The notes beneath the pieces are model-generated. The model was not told where the DNA came from, ran no database searches, and saw only the letters and a list, made by a program, of their open reading frames with translations. Positions 49,701 through 60,400 of a DNA stretch of 64,000 nucleotides are shown here, piece after piece. This DNA is from Euglena gracilis. Its lineage: Eukaryota. Position numbers and translations under genes: made by a program. The stretch covers positions 13,992,387 to 14,056,386 of the forward strand of contig CP154954.1 of assembly GCA_039621445.1 (NCBI GenBank), read 5' to 3'. Position 1 is the stretch's first letter. Each line of letters starts with the position of its first letter.

Positions 49701-51408
49701 AGAGTGTATACCACACACATTGCGAGCATAAGGAAATCCTTGAGCGGGAAGAAAGTGTGGCTCACAAAATTGAATTGCCCTGGTCTGAACGGTCTTTCAG
49801 TTTGGCAGGACTGATTGATGTCAAAAACCGCCAACGCATGTCATCTAACCTTCGGCAAGCAGCCGTTGGCATGTTTTGCAATGGTGACTGCGAAGAACGC
49901 TTTGCACACCATTGAACAATCCGCTCGTTTCATCTTGAGTATTTGTTCGTGCATGGCATGCTGGACAACATCAGTCGCAAAGAAGGAATGTGTTTTTCCT
50001 GTAATGTTTTGTATTTTTTTTCACAGCGCGATTTTTTTTCCACAAATTTCGCCAGAATGAGTTCGTCACTTAGATAGTTTCTCAAGTGAATGACCTGTTT
50101 TCCTTGCTTTTCCCGGTTTCAGAACGTTGAAGATGTGCCCAAGGAAGCATACCAAATGGTCACCCATTGCCATACATGGCCCTTTTTTGAAGTACGAATA
50201 AGTACGAATAGGTACGAATAAGTACGAATAAGTACGAATAAGTACGAATGGGCAAAGGAGTCCCCAAGTACGAATCAGTGGGAAACCCTGCACAATGCCC
50301 ATTGCGGTACACCGTCCACCAGCGTTCAATTCCAGCCGTGCCCATGCTTGGCCCTCACATGTTTGCCTGAGGGGTGAGCTTCTGATGGATCTGTTTGTTA
50401 CCGGTTTTCTTGCCAGGTTTTCTTTTTAACACACAAAGTGTCGAATTTTGAGAAATGGTGTTGTGGTAATGTGCAGATCCCCCCTGATACAATTATACTG
50501 TTTTTTTTTTGAATTTGCACAGCGAACCCCCCCCCTAACTGTACAGCCCCCCCATTACCCTCAAATGCACAACCCTCCAAAAGTGTATGACCCCCCTGTG
50601 GCGTTTGATTTGAAGACTGAATGGGCAAACCCGCTTCATGCAAAATAATACCACCATTTTCGGCATCACAGGATCTTTCCATCATTTTGCTTTTTTCTGT
50701 GTTGTATTGTTGGACATATTCAAACTCGAACTGCTGATAATGTATATTCAAAAATAGATGATTTTTTATATGAAATACGGTGAGTTGCGGCATATTTGGG
50801 TCCCTAAAGTTTTTGACAAAACAGGGAACCCCCCCCAATAACAGAATCCCTGCTGGAGGTGTTGAAATCCTACCCAAATATATAACTGCGGGCTCCTACA
50901 TGCCCCCCTGCAGTGCAAACTTTTGAGCAGGGGGACGCGGGTGGCCCTCCCTCGCCATGGCGGCCCACACCGGCGCCAGCGCGGCAGACTCCTCGTCGCC
51001 TGCGCCGTGCCTGCAGAGCGCACTGCCCCCCACTGCGCAGTGGCCAGGGGAGGACCAGACTTGCAGGTAACATATGCCCCCCCCCTGATGAAGACAGCAG
51101 GCCGGAGATGAGAAAGGTGCATCTGGTCAATCTGTAGTGAATACATTGCGCAACATCATATGTGTGTGTGTGCTGTGTGGAGTTGACGCAAACCACGACC
51201 AACTGCAGTGGCAGTGCAGTGCCATGCAGCGAAGCGGCAGCGCAATTGCAGTACAATGGCGGTGGCAGTGCACTGGTATGGGTTTCAGAATACAGAGGAA
51301 TGGCAGAGGCAGTGCAGTGCAATGCAGGTCTCGAGGCCTTCCAGTAGTTGTGTGCGTGCGAGTGCGCGTGCGAGGAGCGAGCGAGCGCGCACGAGAGAGA
51401 GAGAGAGC

Positions 51409-51443
<35 letters not shown>

Positions 51444-54400
51444 TGTGTGTGTGCGTGCATGTGCGTGTGCGTGTGTGTGTGCGTGTGCGCGCGCGACGTC
51501 ATGTGCTATGTTGTTGTTTTTTGCAGTTTTTGTGACGCCATACCGTCGGGTCTGGGGAGGACACAGAGTACGACGTGGTGGTGGTCGGCGCCGGGCACGC
51601 AGGCTGCGAGGCGGCTCTGGCGGCGGCGCGCCTAGGGGCCCGCACGCTGCTGCTGACGATGACCCTGGACAAGATCGCCTGGCAGCCGTGCAACCCGCCC
51701 GCGGCCCCGCAAGCACCCAGGGGATGGCTTGGGGCGGGGGGGGGGGCGCAAACTTTTTTGCGTGTTTTTGACGTTTTTCGATTTTAGCAAAAATTGCTTT
51801 TTTGCGGGTTTTTTTTTTTAGCATTTTTGCATTCGAGGGCACATGTTGCCTCCACCCCCCCCCGCTTCAAATGCGAATCAACCACAACCGTTCAACTTTT
51901 GAACGGGTGAATGTGGTTCGTTGAAAGAGATGTTGTCGTGTAGAGTACCCAGCACCACGATGGGCTGGGGTCCCGACTCAACCCCCCCCCCCCCCGGCTC
52001 ATTGGCCCAGTCCATTGTGGCCCCAACAAGCCGGAGGGGGGAGGGCAACTTCGGGGCGCCATGTTGACCCCAATGACCAAAGGGGGGGCAACCAGCCGCC
52101 AAGCCAAAATGCCTCAAAACAAAACCATAAAATATCTGCGCAACTCCATTGTCCCAGCTCAGGCTTCCTCGTCATACCTCCGCCGCCCCGGCTCATTTCC
52201 CCCCCCCCTGTTGGGGCCAACATGCCCCCCACCTCCAAAGTTGGCCACAGGCCCAAATGTTTCAGCCACCAGGTCCTGGCACCTCCAAAATCCCTATAAA
52301 TGGACAGCATTTTTTGGTCTTTCTGCAGGTGGGGTCCAACAAATCCCTACAAATCCCGACAGAGAAAAAATTTGTGCAAATGAATGCCTAGCCAATGCCT
52401 TCCTAGTGAATAACTTCGACCATCTTTTTGTCCTTCCTTTTTTGTTGCAAAGTTTTGTAGTTTTCTCTGTTCCTTGCTTTTCTTCTTTGAAAACTTTTTT
52501 GCCAAAGTGTGCCTGGTAGAAGATCAGCATCAGCAGACTTAGTACAGTCCGGACAAAAATGATGGGAAACAAAAGTAAAACAAACAAAAATATAAAATAT
52601 ATAAAACAAATAATATATAATATATAATGTGTAATATATAATATATAATACATAATATATCAATATATAATATAACATATAATAAATGGCATACAATGTA
52701 CAATAATATATAGCATATATAATAATAACACTGACATACATAACAATAAAATGATATTAAACAAAAATAATGGGAAACCACCCAATTTTCCCATTCATTC
52801 TTCCTATCATTTTCCCCTGTACTTTTTCTATGCCCTTTGGTGGGGGGCACGTTCAGGGGTAGTCAATTTTCACCACAAAAAGTTGGGGGTATGAAATATG
52901 GTCACGTTTGGACTTCTTTTTTTGTAATAAAGGAACCACAAAAAAGACACCTACAAAACGATTTTGACGATTTTTTAAACCTCAATTTAAGTTTCAATTT
53001 GAATATTTTTGAGTTTAAAAGCCAATTGCATAAAAAATATTTATTTTTGAAATTTATATTTAATTATATTTAAATCTTCAGTTGCTTTTCTGCTGATTTA
53101 TTCATAACAATTGAGAAAAAATACCACCATTTTCCATAAAAGTTTAATCTTCCCATTGCGTTGATTGCGTTTCCAACATTAAAGATTTTCCATCATTTTT
53201 TCACGTCATTGTTGTTTCCCATCGTCGGACCGTGTATGCATTCTGGATCAAATCTGTCCAAAATAATGTGGCCAGGACCCCAACCCCAGTGTTCAATCCC
53301 GACAAATCCCGACAAAACATAACAAATCCTGACAAATCCCAACAAATCCTGACACAGCCAAATCGCAAGTGTCTACAGATGTCTGTCAAGGATAACAAAT
53401 TGAATATGATTTTTGTTCTGTTTTGGAACAGAGGTTAGCTGGCTGGATCTTTCATCAATTTAGCTTGGGTGGATTAACCTCGGCGTTTCCAGGGGAGAGG
53501 TAACCACCTTGTCCATATCGGGGTAAGAAAATCTGTTCGTCAACATTTACTTCAGAATTAAGGCCTCTACAAAATGCATGGAAAGATGGTGGGACCAATT
53601 TCCACCACGACGCAGTATTTGTGCTGGGAGGGGGGTGCTCGCCAGCATGCCAGGGGGGTGCTCGCCAGCCCAAAACTCCAAAAAAATGATGTTTTCACCA
53701 TTTTTATTTCACCGACCTCTCCCCCAATGAATGAAAAGGAGTTTATTTAGTTTGAACAAACGAAAAAAAAAACAATAATTTCCCCTTTTTTTTCTGTTTT
53801 CACGGGTTTATGTTGTTGTTTGCCAGGCCGGGCAGCGATGGCAGCCGTCGGGGGCTCCGCCAAGAGCCAGCTGGTGCACGAGGTGGACGCGCTGGGGGGT
53901 GAGATGGGCAAGGCGGCCGACGCGTCGTACCTCCACAAGCGCCTCCTGAACGCCTCCAAAGGACCGGCCAGGCCTGAACGCCACCGCTGAGCGGCCAAAG
54001 CAGCTCCTCCATGAGTTTGACTTTGGTTTTGGTTTGGGGTTGCGTCATTTTTGTCATTTTTTTTCATTTTTGTCATTTTTGCCATTTTGTTGATTTTTTA
54101 CATTTTTATTATTTCTGTAATTTTTGTCTTTTTTTGGCATCCATGCCATTTTGGCAGAGTTTTGTGCCTGAGGTCGGCTGTGCATGCCCTGCGAGCCCAG
54201 ACAGACAAGGTACGCTCTGCCCCAAGCGTGGCTGTCTGCACATTCACAGGGTCACAGGCTTGCCGACATCCTGTGTTTTGCATGTCTGATGCTTCGTGTC
54301 TATGCAAACTGGTGCTGGAAAGGCAGACAGAAAAGCGTGCAGGGATTGGATGTTTTGGTGATTTTAAGAAACAGGAACCCAAATTTACCTTAGTGTGCAG

Positions 54401-57400
54401 CCTGAACCTTCATAAGGAGGAAACCTTGGACGAGGAGGAGAACCGTTTCCCATTCAGCAGTTTTTGTTTCGGGAGCATGCAAGGGAAATATTATTTAATT
54501 ATAACACAGCAGGTCAAGCAACACAATTTTCAAAAAATATATAATTTATATTTTTATATTTTTAATATTTTATTAATATTTTTTTTTGCTAAAGCAGGAA
54601 GAATGTATAATGCAATTTGCATCGATTCTTGTCGATCTGAAAGGCACATTCGACTCTTTGGCCCCTGCCTTTCAGGTGGAGTACTCACAATATATGCGGC
54701 AGGTGCTGGAGACCACCCCGAACCTCTGCCTGCGCGAGGGCACCGTCAGCGAGCTGTTAGTGGATGAGCACAACGACGAGGTCCGCGGGGTGCGGGCCAT
54801 GGATTCCCTGCCCCCTGCGGTGACCCACCCAGGGGGGGGGGTGTGAAGGAGGGGTGGGGGGGTGGGTAGGTTTGGACCGCTGGGCCCTCGGGGGGGGGGG
54901 GGAGCAGACATTCATTTAGTGTGGTACACCAAGGTTGTCATTTTGTGGTTCACTGTGGACACCAAAAATTTTTTGTGGTTCACATATGGACACCAGAAAA
55001 ATTTTTGTGGTTCACCTGTGGACACCAAGAAAATATTTGTGGTTCACATGTGGACACCAAACATTTGGGTCAATAAATCGATTTTTCTGATAATTGTTAA
55101 ATGATGAAAATTTCGAAAGTGGTGGGCAGGGAATTTCTTAAGGACCCCCCGGGGGGGTCCAGCCTCCGGCTGGCAAAAAGGCTGCTGGCTGGATTTGAGC
55201 TGCTGGCTGGACCCCCCCGGGGGGGTGGGGGGGGGAGGGGGGGGGTCCGGGGCTGGAGGGGGCTGGGCTGGGCTGGGTCGGCGAAAAACAAAATTTTCTA
55301 ACACATTTTTGCCATTTTCGACATTTTGGTGGATGGAGCTAGATCAAGGCTGGGGACTGTGATGGAGGAAGCTGTGGTGAGGGGAAAAAATGCAGGGATA
55401 GGTGAGCTGGGCAGCCCAGTTGGCTGGCCAGCCTGCGGCCGGCTGGCCCGGCCTTCGGCCGGCTGGCCCGGCCTTCGGCTGGGCTGGACCCGACTTTATT
55501 TCAGTCGACCCCTGGGGGGGGGGGTCCCAGCCCGAATTTGGGCTGCGGGCTGGATTTGAGCTGCTGGCTGGCTGGACCCCCCCCCCGGGGATAGGGTACC
55601 CTCCGGCTTAAGAAATTCCCTGGTGGTGGGGAGTTAAAGGAAACGTCCCGTGACTTGAATTGAAGCCCTTTGAAGCCCTATCTAACCGTATTTTGATTTC
55701 CCCGCAACTCCCTGCCCAGCCCGAGTTACAGCCATTTTTCGGCCAATTTGGGCCATTTTGTACAGTTTTGGCGTGTTTTGACTTAGCCGTTTTAGGCCAT
55801 TTTGGGGTTAAAAAAGGTGGAAAAAATTCGGAAAAAAAGTCGAAAAAAAATTCAGCCCGAAACGATTTTTCTCGGACCCAGAAGAACTGTTTTTGAGCCG
55901 AAAATGAGAGTTTTTTGACCCGTTTTTGACCCGTTTTTTTGACCTGTTTTTGGCGCCGGAAGGTTTTTTGCCCCCGCAGAGGAGGGGGGGGGGAGGTCCC
56001 CCCTTCCAAAACAAGGGGGTGGGGGGACCAGGTTTGAATAGCGTTGAGCTCTTAATGGGACTTGCACGTAATGGACGAGGGAAAAGACTAGCATCGCAAA
56101 TTTCGCATAAATTATGATTTACAAATTACACACCTGCAATTTGCAGTTATTTACAGTAATTTTTGAAAGGTTAAGAGGTCAGCGACCCCCTCCCATACCC
56201 CCTACACCCCTTTGGTTCAACTTTTTTGACCCGGAAATTTAGAAGTTTCGCGACCGAAAACTGGAGGTTGGAGGGGGTCCCCCACCCCCCCCCCCCTCCG
56301 CCGAGATTCCCATACAAGCCTGGGGGTGTGATTCGCTGCCGCATTTTACAGATTGCGCCGGAGCCAAGGTCCATATTTTGGCGTCTCAAGATCAATCCGC
56401 TTTTAGTTGTAAAACTTGATTTTTTTTTCGATCCTCAATCATGTTTTGTGGGCAACAAATTTTTTTGTGGACACCAAAATTTTTTTTGTGGTTCACCTGT
56501 GGACACCAAAAAAAATTTTGTGGTTCACATGTGGACACCAAAAATTTTTTTGTGGTTCACCTGTGGACACCGAAAAAAAATTTGTGGTTCACACGTCTTT
56601 TGTGAACCACACTAAATGAATGTCTGGGGGGGAGAGGTGCATTATTTGTTCGCGTGTTTGGGCCCAGGGAAAAGTCTCCCTGGGGGGGGTATTGAAGTGA
56701 ATCCATGGGACGGACCGTGTACGGGATGGAGTTCCATGCCCCGACCCTCGTGCTGACCGCTGGTACAGCCAGCGGCGAGCTTTAGAACATCCCAGGTTTG
56801 GAATGCCCAGCCTTGTTGCATCTTTTTTTTTGCCCACTCAATTTCCCTCCCCCCTGGTGCTCCCCCTTGCAAGTGATGGGTAGGCGGAGTTGTTCCAAGT
56901 GAACCAGCATGTGTGTTTTTCTTTGAGAGCACCATAGGGCACCACCCAAGGAATCAGAACAGGCTGGCTGGGGTTTCCCGCATTTTCAAGGGGGTGGGGT
57001 CAGTCGGTGTCGGTGGCCGATGGCACACCCCACACATGCTTTGCCCGGGCCGCCCGTCAGTCGCCGCTGCCGCCCGTTCATGAACGGCACCATCTGGGTG
57101 GGCCGCACCACGCGCTCCGCTGGGCGGGCCGGGGAGCAGGCCTCGACGGGCATCACGGAGCAGCTGCAGCGTCTGGGACAGGCCGGGCCGGGGGGCCAGG
57201 GTGCTCGGGGGCGGTGGCGGTGCGTGGGCGTGCCCCGTGATGTGGTGACGTGGTTGTCGCGGACCTGGGTGTCCAGCTGTGGCCGGTGCTGCAGTGGTGT
57301 CGTTTCATGGCCGGGGCGAGCTGGCCACCTCTTTTCAACCAGCCTTTTCCCCCCACCTTTCGCCTTGAAGCTGTCCTTGTTGCCAGAGTCGCTGTTGAAG

Positions 57401-60400
57401 TTGTCATTAATTGCGTTTTTGGTGGCAATTTGCATTTGGAGCTTTGTTCTAAAAGGACTACAAATGATACAGTTGTGGCCAGGCTGTTCTCCAGAAGGGT
57501 CACCCCATGGTGGGGTGCTTTGGGCAGGCAGGAGAAGACAACATCTTCGAACCCCTAGGGTCGGGTTGGGGAGGAGGTGTTAATTATCTGTGCATCCCAG
57601 GCACCGAAAGCGCCGAGGGGCGGAAAACGGCCATTCTCAAGCAGTGCGGTCCATTTGGGACGGGAAGGTTTTTTTTCCCATCAAGGACCGCCCTTAGGCC
57701 ACTGAAACAGCCGGTTCAGAACTCAAATGTTGTTAAAAATGAAAATGTCTAAGAACACATTTTTGACGTTTTGGGTGGACGGGCGATGGTCCAAGGTTGT
57801 TCCACACCATTTTTTTTCCTTCACCAAGTCGGCCCGTTTTGCCATGATATGGCCATACCATTTTCTCGGCAATGTTTCCTGCGGATTTCTCGTGGAATGC
57901 GCTGAGACAGGGAATGGGAATTTCGTCTCCTTCGCCGAGTCGGTTCCCCAAAACGACCCTGCAACGGAAAGGCCCCCAAACGGCACAAGGTGTCGCCCTC
58001 CCCCAAGCGTCTGACTGTAGCAATGCGGTCCAGCCCCGCGGACGCATCCGTCGGGGCCCCAGTGCCGGGCCTGGCCGAGGCTTCACCACCGACCGGCTGA
58101 AGACGGGGACGCCGCCCCGTGTCGATGGCCGGACCGTGAATTTCGCCGTGATGGAGCCAAACATTCACTTACCCGCCCCCCCTGTCATACGACCACCCCT
58201 CATTTACGACCACCCCCCCGGTCACAGGTTGCAGGTCATGGGGGTGTTATGACCACCCCCCCCCCCCCGGTCACAGGTTGCAGGTCATGGGGGTGTTATG
58301 ACCCCCCCCCCGGTCACAGGTTGCAGGAACCCGGTCGTACGACGGGGGGGGGGGGGCGGGTAACATTGATTTGACCCCCGGTTCCCGAAAACAGTCGGTG
58401 TGGGTGGGTGGGTTTGCGCCCAGGAAGTGTGTTGCTAAGTGAATCTGTGGATGGAGCCGATGCCAGGGGACTCCCGCACGCGGTGGTTCACCCACGACAC
58501 CGCTCGGCACGTGGAGCGGGAACAGGTCAGGGATTTTTTTTGGCTGGGTGGAAAAGTCGCAAAATTTGCCTCGCTTTTGTCCGCTGGTGGAGTTGCATTT
58601 TGCTCACAGCCCCAAATATTTTTTTTTTCACAAAAGCCCCAATTATTTTCAGCCAAACAGCCCTGCACCGATGCTGTGCTACGGGACGCGGACGACCGCC
58701 GCCACCCACCAACTGATCCGCGACAACCTCCACGAGACTCCGAACAGGGCCCGGCAGATGGCGGTGTTTTGGGGAACAGAAGTGTACAGTGAATTGTGTC
58801 TGGCCAAGTGCTTACCCGCAATCCATCCGGGACAAAGGTGGTATAATTATACATTAAATTGTTTCGATGAAGGCTTTCACATTCGGACCTCAAGCATCCA
58901 CTGAATTTTGGTACTGCTGACCTTGGAAGGTTGGGAGACAGATGCCTGTTGGGACCCGGTTTTCTTTTGTTGATTCACCCGGACCCTGGGGTGGATCTAT
59001 GGCGGTTGGGTGGATTCCAAAGGCCCTCGCAACTGCCCTTCCATCGAGGACAAGATTGTGAAGTTTGCCCAGAAGGAAAGCCACCTGGCGCCGAATGGAG
59101 ATTTGAATCCTCCCCCAGCCGCTTAGTGAGAACCGCCAGTGGAAGAGCTCTGCAACACCGGAATCAATGAAATTGCTTCCAAGCTTGGGTGAAATGAAAC
59201 TCGAACGCAGAGCTGCAGCACAGACACCACCGAAGCCAAATATGAAAAAAATATTAATTGTAATTTATGTTAATGAATTGGAAAACACTGATTAATTATA
59301 ATTATTGATCAAAAATACGAAAAAAAAGTAATCTTATTATGAATAATAGTAAACACTGACACAAATATTAAATATCATTATAAATATTAAGATATTGCAT
59401 TATAAACATTATTATTATTATTATTATTGAATAATATAATTGTAAATATCATTAATTGCCCCTTTTCTCACCGCCCGACCCCATTCGACTCCGAGGCCAC
59501 CCAGTGTTCCTGGAGCCCGAGGGGCGCCGCACGCCGGAGCTCTACGTCCAGGCCCAGGGTTTGAAACCAGCAGAGCGGGCACCGGTGCTCCCCCTCGTCC
59601 TCCCTGAACAATGGCAAACCCTGCCCGGGGCTGCTCCACCGGGCTGCCAGAGCGCCTGCAGCTGGGGCTGCTGCGGGCTGGGGGGTCCCGGAACGAGGGG
59701 TCAGGGCAGGTCTCGCACACTACACGCAAACAGAAACGGACACTGCCAAGAGACCCAGACATGCCCGTCTGTTCACACTCACACCCACTCATTCATCACA
59801 GGGCAGGGGGGAGGAATGCGCCGCGCATTTTTGCGCATTTTTTGCGCATTTTTTCCATTTTCCCACTTTTTTTTTACACTTTTTGGAGGCATTTTGTCCA
59901 TATTGTCCACATTGTCCATATGTCAAAAATAAATTTGACATTGGTGTTCTTGAACACCGTTCTTCTGAACAATTCTATGTTGCCATCCATCCCTCTTTCC
60001 GCCAATAATCAAATTCTCCATTCTTCCCTCAGATTTTTTCACAAAATGGCTTCAAGTTCAAGGGCTGATCATCCAACCTTTTGTTCAATGGAAATTTTAT
60101 TCTTGGACAAAAGCTTGCTGCCAAGAAGTTGAGCAGATGGAGCAAGATGAAATGCGGAATCCTACTCCCCTGGTCACAAGTAAGCGGCACCATGGCTGAC
60201 ATTGTTGGTTATGGTGAACGGAGAGTGACGCTGCTGAGTGACGTTGCTCGTGCATTTTTTTTTGGCCAAAATGCCTTCATTTCAGCTCTTTTTGGTGATT
60301 TTGGTTTAATTTTGGGCTTATCGTTGGAAATTTTTCTAAGTCCTTTTTCCCTTAGGAATTTCACAACTCAGCGCATTTTTGCGCATTTTTGCGCATTTTT

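Larger units (their letters stand above)
54795..56712 (+). other. nonconventional intron in mnmG containing nested MITEs
   Basis: Joins GTG CG|G ACC (GVRTVYG). Perfect 9-bp stem CATGGATTC / GAATCCATG. Flanks GTGCGGGC / GGACGGAC (5/8). Confidence 0.8.

Noticed and set aside
49333-50250. GTACGAATAA arrays as CRISPR repeats or iterons
   Set aside because: They are head-to-tail 10-mers inside the TIRs of a MITE.
54940-56600. TGTGGTTCACCTGTGGACACC repeats as a CRISPR array
   Set aside because: No unique spacers and no cas genes; they are subterminal repeats of a TIR element in a eukaryotic intron.
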